A DNA stretch of 64,000 nt, taken from positions 10,389 through 74,388 of the forward strand of contig CAZODQ010000004.1 of the NCBI GenBank assembly GCA_964578625.1, in the 5' to 3' direction. Made by a program: the position numbers and the translations under genes. This DNA is from an uncultured Actinomycetota bacterium. GTDB taxonomy: Bacteria > Actinomycetota > Humimicrobiia > Humimicrobiales > Humimicrobiaceae. This document shows, one piece after another, positions 18,753 through 26,777 of this stretch (positions are counted from its first letter, which is position 1; each line of letters opens with the position of its first letter). The notes beneath the pieces are model-generated. The model was not told where the DNA came from. It saw nothing but the letters and a program-made list of their open reading frames with translations, and searched no databases.

Positions 18753-19925
18753 ATGAGTAAATATACCTGGAGTGGTTGGGCAAGTATAGATAGGCCTAAA
18801 GCTTATCTTAGCAACGAGCTTATTGCTATTGGGCAAAATAGTGATGGGCGTCTGGAGGTTTTTGCCATTGGTGGAGATGGAGCCTTGTGGCACACATGTC
18901 AACCAAAACCCAACAAAGGGCCCTGGAGTGGCTGGGCTAATCTGGGTAAGCCAGGTAGCATCTCGGACCTTGGTACTCCTGTTGCAATAAATAATAAAGA
19001 TGGACGACTGGAAGTTTTTGCTACTGGTTATACTGCGGGTACTACTACCTATACGGGGGGCGATCTCTGGCACATATCTCAATCAAAACCTAGTAAAGGT
19101 CCTTGGGCAACCTGGAATAACTTAGGAACACCTTCTAAAAGTGTAAAAATCAACAGACTTGGTGTAGGTCGAAATAGTGATGGTAGACTGGAGGTCTTTG
19201 CTGCCGGAGCTGATGGGGGCTCAATAAGCTCTAAAGAAGGTATCTGGCATATCTGGCAGCAAAAACCAAGCAAAGGACCGTGGAGTGGCTGGGCAAGGCT
19301 GGGTAAACCAAAAGGTGTTAATACGTTGAATAACCGAACTGCTGTAGTAGGCTATAATAGTGATGGCCGTTTGGAGATTTTTGTTACAAAAGGTAGTCTG
19401 TGGCATATGTATCAATCCAAACCCAGCAAGGGACCATGGGTTGGTTGGGGGAAAATGGGTAATCCTAAAAATACTACACTTAACCTAATACCGGTAGCAG
19501 TAGGACAGAATAGTGACGGACGATTGGAGGTATTTGCTGTAGATTATTGGAATGGTGTAGACTACAGCAAAGGTTCCCTATGGCATAGATATCAACCAAA
19601 ACCAGGTAAAGGGCCTTGGATAAACTGGGGTAGTCTTGGGAGACCAGGAAATATACCATTGATACATCAACCCATAGTAGAATGTGATAGTAATGGTTGT
19701 CTTGTGGTATTTACTCTTAACATAGAGAGTACTTTCTGGTATAGATATCAAACAGAACCAAAAAAGGGACCCTGGAGCAAATGGTATAGTCTGGGTAAAC
19801 CACCTGCTTCTAATATCTCAAATATTAATGCTGTTGCAAAAAATAAGGATGGACGGTTAGAGGTTTTTGTTCAAGGAGCTGCTAGTGGAAAAAATAATGT
19901 TCTTTGGCATAACTGGCAGAAGTGA
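18753..19925 (+). CDS. seven-bladed beta-propeller lectin-like repeat protein (tectonin/PLL-like W-repeats)
   Basis: Seven copies of NSDGRLEVFA..G.LWH.WQ.KP.KGPWS.W..LG. ATG at 18753 follows GGAGGAGAGG. No signal peptide. GC visibly higher than in neighbouring genes. Confidence 0.7.
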   Translation: MSKYTWSGWASIDRPKAYLSNELIAIGQNSDGRLEVFAIGGDGALWHTCQPKPNKGPWSGWANLGKPGSISDLGTPVAINNKDGRLEVFATGYTAGTTTYTGGDLWHISQSKPSKGPWATWNNLGTPSKSVKINRLGVGRNSDGRLEVFAAGADGGSISSKEGIWHIWQQKPSKGPWSGWARLGKPKGVNTLNNRTAVVGYNSDGRLEIFVTKGSLWHMYQSKPSKGPWVGWGKMGNPKNTTLNLIPVAVGQNSDGRLEVFAVDYWNGVDYSKGSLWHRYQPKPGKGPWINWGSLGRPGNIPLIHQPIVECDSNGCLVVFTLNIESTFWYRYQTEPKKGPWSKWYSLGKPPASNISNINAVAKNKDGRLEVFVQGAASGKNNVLWHNWQK

Positions 19926-19994
19926 ACTTACTTCTGGAGATAATAAATGAGATATTCTATAGATAAGGTAATATTGTTTATATTCTATAAGCTT

Positions 19995-20133
19995 AATTCT
20001 GGTATAAAAATATCCTTATCTAAACCCAATAAAGCAGTTCTAACTTTGTCCACTGTCCCCAGCAAAGTTCATTAATTTTAATAATTTCCTTTATAATTTG
20101 GTTCGAAATTTCGCAACCCGGGGCAGCCACCTT
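19995..20133 (+). repeat. composite repeat: long module AATTCTGGTATAAAAATATCCT...CCACTGTCCCCAGC with hairpin repeat copy C (20081-20129) inserted
   Basis: Long module is homologous to 21655-21729. Hairpin copy is identical to B in its 32-nt core. Confidence 0.75.
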
Positions 20134-20283
20134 GTACGTATTGGTTCAAGATTCGGGCTCTTCACCAACAACGGGGGTAACCCGTTCCTAACAGCATAGC
20201 GCTTTAATTTTCTATTGTCTATTTTTAATATATAATAAAACCAACTATTTAATGAAGGAGATTTCTAAGAGACAAAATCTGTT

Positions 20284-20505
20284 ATGAAGAAAGTATCTTC
20301 TCTAGAAGATCTGGCAAAATATTCTCTCCGCTGGGTGCTTATGGGTAAAAATGTTATTTGTGTATTTCCTGGAGCCAGCAATACAGATCAGATAATATCA
20401 AATCTTGCTGCGTTTGATATGCCGCCACTTTCTAAAGATCAGATGGAAACTGTAGAAAGAGTATATGAAAATTATATAAAGAATCATGTCCACCTTCACT
20501 GGTAA
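20284..20505 (+). pseudogene. aldo/keto reductase C-terminal fragment (gene remnant)
   Basis: 73 aa LRWVLMGKNVICVFPGASNTDQIISNLAA matches the AKR C-terminal signature. There is an in-frame stop just upstream and no N-terminal barrel. Confidence 0.6.
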
Positions 20506-20551
20506 AACTAAAAAATGTATATTGTAACCAAATTTTTAGAAAGGATTTATA

Positions 20552-21610
20552 ATGGCAGATCTCTTTTCACCAATATCAATCAAGGATGTTGAAATTAAAA
20601 ACCGTATTGTTTTACCACCAATGGGGCGTTTTGGATGGTCTGATGTAAAAGACTTTGTGTCTGATAAACATATAAAACATTATTCTCAAATTGCTGAAGG
20701 GGGAGCTGGACTGATAATTATAGAAGCACTGGCCATAGCCAAAGATGGAAAGCTTTCAAAAGACCAGCTTGGAATATGGTCGGATGACCATATCGATGGT
20801 ATCAGCAAAATAGCAGAAGCCTGCCACAGATATGGCTCGGTAGTTACAGCACAGATACATCATGCCGGGCTGGAAACTCCCATATCGGTATCTAAAATAG
20901 CTTCAGCTCCATCAGACTTTAAGAGGGGTGGCCATTTGGTTGCAAAAGCTTTAAGTGTTGAAGGAATCCAGAAGATTCAAGAGCAATTTGTGGACGCTGC
21001 GGAAAGAGCCAGAAAAGCGGGCCTTGACGGCATAGAGCTTCATGGAGCTCATGGGTACCTTATTGATCAGTTTATGTCTCCAATAACGAATAAAAGAGAT
21101 GATAATTATGGCGGTGATCTGGCTGGAAGATCAACTTTTGCTCGCCAGATAATTGAAATGATAAAAAGCGGTATTGGAAGTGATGATTTTATAATTGGAT
21201 ATAGAATGGGAGGTAATGAACCAACATTGGATGAAGGAAGAAAAATTGCAAAAATTCTTGAAGAAGCTGGAATTGATCTTTTGCATGTATCATCTGGCAT
21301 AGAAGGCGATACAATTCCCAAGCCTCCAACAGATTTTGATTATAGCTGGATTGTCTACTGCGGTATAGAAATAAAAAAACAAGTACGAATTCCTGTAATC
21401 GTGGTGTACAGAATAAAGACTCCGGAACAGGGTAAATACCTTATTGAAAATGACCTGGCTGATTTTGTTGCAGTAGGAAGAGGCCATCTTTGTGATAAAG
21501 ATTGGGCAAATAAAGCAAGAGATAATTTAAAAGTCATTAAGTGCCTGGAGTGTGCAAAATGTTTTTGGTTTGATGAGATTGAAAAATGTCCCAGATATAA
21601 GTTCGATTAG
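20552..21610 (+). CDS. NADH:flavin oxidoreductase, Old Yellow Enzyme family
   Basis: HGAHGYLIDQFMSP and the overall OYE TIM-barrel pattern. Confidence 0.85.
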   Translation: MADLFSPISIKDVEIKNRIVLPPMGRFGWSDVKDFVSDKHIKHYSQIAEGGAGLIIIEALAIAKDGKLSKDQLGIWSDDHIDGISKIAEACHRYGSVVTAQIHHAGLETPISVSKIASAPSDFKRGGHLVAKALSVEGIQKIQEQFVDAAERARKAGLDGIELHGAHGYLIDQFMSPITNKRDDNYGGDLAGRSTFARQIIEMIKSGIGSDDFIIGYRMGGNEPTLDEGRKIAKILEEAGIDLLHVSSGIEGDTIPKPPTDFDYSWIVYCGIEIKKQVRIPVIVVYRIKTPEQGKYLIENDLADFVAVGRGHLCDKDWANKARDNLKVIKCLECAKCFWFDEIEKCPRYKFD

Positions 21611-21654
21611 AGAGCTAATAACAGAAAATTAGGAGAAGTTTTTATTTAAAACCC

Positions 21655-21729
21655 AATTCCGGTATAAAAATATCCTCATTTAACGTTAAAATCTTGGTTT
21701 TAACATTATCCACAGTGGCCAGCCACCTT
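21655..21729 (+). repeat. long repeat module without the hairpin insert (empty-site version)
   Basis: AATTCCGGTATAAAAATATCCTCATTTAAC...CCACAGTGGCCAGCCACCTT is homologous to 19995-20068 plus 20124-20133. Confidence 0.7.
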
Positions 21730-21819
21730 AAAAAGAATTTTTTCTTAACTTTCAAAGGATTTATCTTTATAATCTATTAGAATCAAATTTTAATAAGTTA
21801 GGGTGAATAAGGAGAAGAA

Positions 21820-22341
21820 ATGGAAATAGTGATTAATTCATCTTCAACCAGCTTAGAAATTCCAATCTCATTTATTTTTTGGGGTTTTGTCATTGCCTAT
21901 ATCATTCATATAATAGATGAATCATTAATGGGTGAGACTTTTGTCGGAATGGTTAAGAACCTATTTTGGCCGGAATATCAGTGGAAGCATTTCTTTGGCT
22001 TTAATGCATTACTACTTTCATTAACAATTATATCAATTATATTATTTGAGGTATTTAATGGTTCATGGATAGTTGCACCACTAATATTTGTTTTTTTATA
22101 TACTACGAATGGAATATGGCATTTAGTATCAACTATCATTACCAGGAAATACTCTCCTGGGCTTGCAACAAGTATAATTTACTGGATACTTTTTTACTTT
22201 TTGGTTAGGTATTCTTTTATTCCTAATACTATTCCCACTAGGATTATTGTAATTTCTGCAATCTCAGGGACATTTTTGACGATATTGATGATTTCTTCAT
22301 TTTTTATTTTTAAAAGGAGATTTAATAGGGAGTCTAGATAA
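21820..22341 (+). CDS. integral membrane protein (possible HXXEE-domain family)
   Basis: Four to five TM helices and HIIDES near the N-terminus. Confidence 0.45.
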   Translation: MEIVINSSSTSLEIPISFIFWGFVIAYIIHIIDESLMGETFVGMVKNLFWPEYQWKHFFGFNALLLSLTIISIILFEVFNGSWIVAPLIFVFLYTTNGIWHLVSTIITRKYSPGLATSIIYWILFYFLVRYSFIPNTIPTRIIVISAISGTFLTILMISSFFIFKRRFNRESR

Positions 22342-22361
22342 AAAGATCTTTAATTATAAAT

Positions 22362-22407
22362 AACTCTTTAATAATCTGGTTCGAAATTTCGCTACTTGGG
22401 GTATTCA
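22362..22407 (+). repeat. accessory-array hairpin repeat, copy D (diverged)
   Basis: TTTAATAATCTGGTTCGAAATTTCGCTACTTGGGGTATTCA. Confidence 0.7.
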
Positions 22408-22419
22408 ATAAAATCTTTA

Positions 22420-23340
22420 CTAATTCATGTAGTTTAACTTACTTCCTTTGACCTTCATTTTTAACCTGTAGACTGAGGTAGAAGCAGTAATATAAAGAAT
22501 ATCCCAGTTTTTACCTCCCCAATTCAAATTACTTGTTACTTCCGGTAATTCAATTAAACCTATGTACTCTGCCCGGGGACTGATTACCCATATCCCTCCG
22601 TGACCTGCAACATAGATATTTCCAAGTTCGTCACATTTCATACCATCAGGGGAGCTGCCTTTGGTATTTCTAGAACATATATTATCAAAGAATACACGCC
22701 CTTTTGTGATTGATCCTTCGGGTTTGACATCAAAAGCCCTGATGTGGTAAAGCCTGCTGTCATCTACATATAAGACTTTCTCATCAGGAGACAGGCACAG
22801 GCCATTTGGTTGTGTAAAATCACTTGCAATTAATTCCAATTCTCCGCTTCCAGGATTTATTCGATATATGCCTTGATAATCCAGTTCTTTATTTCTTTCC
22901 AGACCGGAATCTGCCTTTCGGCCGTAAGTAGGATCTGTAAAATATATTGAACCGTTTTTTGCTACAATTACATCATTTGGAGAGTTTAGTTCCTTACCTT
23001 TGTAATGGGAAGCTATTGTTTCTCTTCTACCATCGGGATATTCTTTTACTACAGTACTTGTTATATGTTCGCATACAATAAGATTCCCCTCTTTATCATA
23101 AGTCATACCATTACATTTATTGCTTGGCCTTATTACTTCTTCTATTTTATTCTTTTCACTCCACTTGATTCTTACATTACCGTGTACATCACTAAATAAT
23201 AAAAATTCCTGCTCTTTATTCCATACCGGACCTTCGGTAAAAACAAACCCGGTGGCTATTTTTTCAATTTTATACCCTCTTTCAACTAAGCTATACAGCC
23301 TATTCATATTATCGCTTCTTTCCATTCTTGTATCTCTCAA
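22420..23340 (-). CDS. SMP-30/gluconolactonase/LRE family beta-propeller protein
   Basis: NSPNDVIVAKNGSIYFTDP and GPDG motifs typical of SGL lactonases. Confidence 0.75.
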   Translation of the reverse strand: MRDTRMERSDNMNRLYSLVERGYKIEKIATGFVFTEGPVWNKEQEFLLFSDVHGNVRIKWSEKNKIEEVIRPSNKCNGMTYDKEGNLIVCEHITSTVVKEYPDGRRETIASHYKGKELNSPNDVIVAKNGSIYFTDPTYGRKADSGLERNKELDYQGIYRINPGSGELELIASDFTQPNGLCLSPDEKVLYVDDSRLYHIRAFDVKPEGSITKGRVFFDNICSRNTKGSSPDGMKCDELGNIYVAGHGGIWVISPRAEYIGLIELPEVTSNLNWGGKNWDILYITASTSVYRLKMKVKGSKLNYMN

Positions 23341-23531
23341 TTTTTTTACACCAGCACTAAATAAGTATTTATATGTCTCTATCTTAAGAAGTTATATTAA
23401 TATTGTCTATAGGATTCAGGTGTAAAAATTATAGATACGATCTTAAATTAAGCAATTGTAAAGAACCTTTAAATAATGAATAATAAACTAAAATATGCAA
23501 TAATAAGCAACATAAATTAGCTTATTGAAAA

Positions 23532-23957
23532 GTGATCAATATGAACAATATTAAAAGATTCGGTGTTTCAATTGAGGATGATTTGTTAGAAAAGTTTGAT
23601 ATTTATATCAAATCAAAGAATTATACCAACCGCTCGGAAGCACTGAGAGACTTGATTAGAAAGGAATTTGTTGAAGAACAATGGATTAAGGCAGATAAAA
23701 ATGCCGCAGGTGCAATAATTTTAGTTTTTGACCATCATAAAAGAGAGCTTATGGATAGCCTGGTAGATATCCAGCATGATTATCATAAGATCATTATTTC
23801 AACACAGCATATTCATCTTGATCACAGGATGTGTCTGGAAATAATAGTAGTCAAGGGAAAAATAAATAAGATCTATCAATTGGAATCTAAGCTGAAGTCC
23901 ATAAAGGGTGTTAAGCATATTTCTCTTTCCAAGTCTACACTGGCAGAAGAAATATAA
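23532..23957 (+). CDS. nikR: nickel-responsive regulator NikR
   Basis: Ribbon-helix-helix N-terminus (RFGVSIEDDLLEKFD...NRSEALRDLIRKE). C-terminal H/C-rich metal-binding domain (HHKRE...H...H..C). Confidence 0.75.
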   Translation: MINMNNIKRFGVSIEDDLLEKFDIYIKSKNYTNRSEALRDLIRKEFVEEQWIKADKNAAGAIILVFDHHKRELMDSLVDIQHDYHKIIISTQHIHLDHRMCLEIIVVKGKINKIYQLESKLKSIKGVKHISLSKSTLAEEI

Positions 23958-23964
23958 AGATATA

Positions 23965-24531
23965 TTATCTTGGTACCCCTATCCATCTTGGAGTTTTATT
24001 TAAATACTCTTGGTAAGTATTCCCGAATTTCTTTTTACAGTAAAGTTCTTCGGAATCAGCAACAATATTTACTAAGATCATGAATACAGTTGAAATCATC
24101 AAAATAATCCATGAAGCTGCAGCCATACCTATTCCCATGAGGGCTAAGAAATGAGAAAAATATATTGGATGTCTGGAATAACGATAAATTCCTTCAGTCA
24201 CCGGTTTACCTGGAGGAATGGCAATAAAATTAATACCTGCGGTTATAAATAGTGCGAGTGCCAGCAAGAAAATAACAAGACCCATATAAAACCAGGGTGT
24301 CCCCAGTTTAAGCGGTAAAAAAATAGAGTATAAAAATGCTAAATAGGTAATTATAGTAGCAATATAACCTGTTAATTCTACTCTTTTACCTGTCTTCATA
24401 TCAGAAGGATTACCAAATCTCTTGTAAGCTCTTCTGTTAATTAAGAATATTGAATATGGTATAAGTAAAAAACAGGCTGAAAAAACCCAGGCGTTCCATA
24501 CACCAATTTTAAATACTGGTATAAGTTCCAT
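23965..24531 (-). CDS. isoprenylcysteine carboxyl methyltransferase (ICMT/PEMT) family membrane methyltransferase
   Basis: RYSRHPIYFSHFLALMGIG motif and multiple TM helices. Confidence 0.7.
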   Translation of the reverse strand: MELIPVFKIGVWNAWVFSACFLLIPYSIFLINRRAYKRFGNPSDMKTGKRVELTGYIATIITYLAFLYSIFLPLKLGTPWFYMGLVIFLLALALFITAGINFIAIPPGKPVTEGIYRYSRHPIYFSHFLALMGIGMAAASWIILMISTVFMILVNIVADSEELYCKKKFGNTYQEYLNKTPRWIGVPR

Positions 24532-24762
24532 TTTCTATCTTCTTATTAAATCACTTTAAATTATAATACTATAATAGGAATACATATGTATAGGATAATA
24601 AAGAAAAGATTGGAGTGATTCATTATTACACTCATTCCGGCTGTTTTCTTCTATTATTTTAAAAAATACCAGAGATAAAATTTTTTAAATATTTGTTTTC
24701 ATTTTTGGCGCTATATGAATATAATGTTGATTAAGATTACCAATTTTTGAAAGGAGACTTCA

Positions 24763-25020
24763 ATGATTGCATCTAAGGATCAAGGTCCAAGCGGACTCGC
24801 CATTGCGGCACTGATAACAGGTATTTTGGGGATGTCGATTGTACCGGTTATACTGGGCGCGATTGATTTTGGAAAAATAAAAAAAGGCGAAGCAAGCCCA
24901 GCAGGCAGGGGCTTTGATATTGCGGGTATTGTTCTTGGAGCTATAGGGATAGTAGTATGGTTAATAGTTGCTATCGTTATGGCAGTAGTAGGGACAGGTT
25001 TGCTTTATAATCTTTATTAG
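24763..25020 (+). CDS. small membrane protein, hypothetical
   Basis: 85 aa with two hydrophobic helices. RBS GGAGACT upstream. Confidence 0.4.
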   Translation: MIASKDQGPSGLAIAALITGILGMSIVPVILGAIDFGKIKKGEASPAGRGFDIAGIVLGAIGIVVWLIVAIVMAVVGTGLLYNLY

Positions 25021-25136
25021 AAAAATTTTAGTGCGTGATTATAGAATCATTTATGCACAGGTAAGTATATTTAGGCCCCATATAAAGTGGGGCTTAAATA
25101 TTTAGAAAAGTTTTTTAAATCTTTATTAAGTTCTAT

Positions 25137-26021
25137 ATGGAAATACCAGTAAAAAAACTAAAAAGTGATTTTAAATTACCGGTGTTTGGGTTTGGAGTAT
25201 ACAGAATGGGTGGCGTCTTAACCCATGACCCCGAAAATGATGATGAAAAGGATATATCTGTTATAAAGAGTGCATTAAACTTGGGTGTTACTCATATTGA
25301 TACTGCGGAAATGTATGCTCAGGGTTATAGTGAGATATTGGTGGGTAGAGCAATTAAAGGATATGAGAGATCAAAATTAATTATCGCTACCAAAGTTTCT
25401 CCTATGAATCTGCATTATGATGATGTCATAAGTGCGGTAAAAGGCAGTCTTGAAAGGCTGAATACCGATTATATAGATTTATACATGGTACACTACCCCA
25501 ATTTCAAAATACCTATTGCTGAAACTATGAAAGCCATGGATTATATGATGGAAGAAGGCTTTATTAGGTATATAGGAGTCAGCAATTTCAGTCTTCACCA
25601 ATTTAAAGAAGCACAGAGATATACAAGAAATAAAATAATTTGTAATCAGATACCATATAGTCTGATAAACCGTAAGTTTCAGGCTGATGGTTTTATAGAT
25701 TATGCAAAAGAAAATGAGGTAATGATTGCTGCGTGGAGGCCGATTGAAGGGGGTATGTTATCAAAGAAAGGAATAGAATTACTGGATAAAATCTGCCGCA
25801 GGTATAACAAAACACCCGGCCAGATAGCCATTAACTGGCTTATCAGCCAGAAAAATGTAATAACTATCCCTGGCTCGAGGAACATAGAACACCTTAAAGA
25901 AAATCTTGGGTCTGTAGGCTGGAAGCTTACACTGAAAGATATAAAAATGTTAGATGATGATTTCCCGCGAAAAGATTTTTCTTCTATAGCTGATGATTAC
26001 TGGCATGAAATATTAAAATAG
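25137..26021 (+). CDS. aldo/keto reductase
   Basis: AKR signatures (GVTHIDTAEMY, LERLNTDYIDLYMVH, IPGSRNIEHLKENL). Confidence 0.85.
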   Translation: MEIPVKKLKSDFKLPVFGFGVYRMGGVLTHDPENDDEKDISVIKSALNLGVTHIDTAEMYAQGYSEILVGRAIKGYERSKLIIATKVSPMNLHYDDVISAVKGSLERLNTDYIDLYMVHYPNFKIPIAETMKAMDYMMEEGFIRYIGVSNFSLHQFKEAQRYTRNKIICNQIPYSLINRKFQADGFIDYAKENEVMIAAWRPIEGGMLSKKGIELLDKICRRYNKTPGQIAINWLISQKNVITIPGSRNIEHLKENLGSVGWKLTLKDIKMLDDDFPRKDFSSIADDYWHEILK

Positions 26022-26073
26022 GTATACATCTGAATTTATTCAGTAAGTCATTAGTTTGAAGGTGTACCGGCTT

Positions 26074-26589
26074 TCAGTTATTTTTTTTTGTCTTTTTGAT
26101 TTTAGCGGAGGGAGCCTTTTTTGTTTTCAGGGCAGGTGGTTTTCTAGGAGTAGATTTACTCTTTATCGTTTTTTCTTTTACAGCTGGTTTTTTCCTGGTG
26201 GTAGATTTTCCTCTTTTAGCAGGCATCCTTTTGATCTCTTTTTTAGCTGCAGCTTTTTCCTTTGGCCTGGTTTCTTTTACGGGTTCTGATTCCTTTTTTG
26301 TTGAGGTGATTTTTTTTAAAATCTTTGCTGCAGAATCAAGATCTTTTCTATATTGGGTATCATCTGCAGGATTGAAGAATTTTTTTCCTCGGTGATATTT
26401 GGTATCTGTAAAGGTCAATTTTTTAAAATTATTTACATCAATAATAAAATTAGAAGGGAGAGTTTTTAAAAGATTTACGGTACTTGCATGCCAGTTTTTA
26501 AACCTGAGATCCCTGCTGCTTAAATCCATGATTGTTTTTATTTCCTTAAGTCTTTTAAAAATCTTGTCCAAGAGTTCTTTTTCCATCAT
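26074..26589 (-). CDS. histone H1-like lysine-rich protein (N-terminal globular domain plus K/A/P-rich tail)
   Basis: C-terminal 90 aa are KKPAVKEK...PRKPPALKTKKAPSAKIKKTKK. Confidence 0.5.
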   Translation of the reverse strand: MMEKELLDKIFKRLKEIKTIMDLSSRDLRFKNWHASTVNLLKTLPSNFIIDVNNFKKLTFTDTKYHRGKKFFNPADDTQYRKDLDSAAKILKKITSTKKESEPVKETRPKEKAAAKKEIKRMPAKRGKSTTRKKPAVKEKTIKSKSTPRKPPALKTKKAPSAKIKKTKKNN

Positions 26590-26777
26590 TAGTTTATATA
26601 TTTGTATAATTTAATCTGAATTTATTTTATCGTATTCTATATTCATTATGAATTTTGAGTATAATAGATTAAGTGCATTTTTTCAATTACTAAGCTGATA
26701 AGGAGTTTATTGTTAAAAATAAAATAGACAGTCTTAAAAAATACCTGCTTGAGATTCCTAATTTTCTTTCCATTTTT

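Noticed and set aside
18678-19415. Minus-strand ORFs 18678-19082, 19079-19273 and 19221-19415 overlapping the lectin gene
   Set aside because: They lie within the strongly repeat-structured + strand lectin CDS and give low-complexity translations with no start context. They are taken as spurious.
17690-22407. Calling the hairpin repeats classical integron attC sites
   Set aside because: The units are only about 32-50 nt with a single imperfect palindrome. No RYYYAAC / GTTRRRY inverse-core and core boxes are present. No intI or attI is in the window. They are kept as attC-like in logic only.
17690-22407. CRISPR array
   Set aside because: Repeats are separated by 0.9-1.8 kb of protein-coding sequence, not by 30-40 nt spacers, and no cas genes are present.
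17710-22407. Rho-independent terminators
   Set aside because: The GGTTCGAAA/TTTCGCAACC hairpin is followed by CGGGGCAGCCA, not by a U-tract. The same orientation after minus-strand genes also argues against a simple terminator role.
26056-26614. Three + strand ORFs (26056-26289, 26096-26395, 26399-26614) with F/S/L-rich translations
   Set aside because: They are antisense shadows of the poly-lysine (AAA/AAG) coding region of the minus-strand H1-like gene. They have no RBS and no plausible domains.
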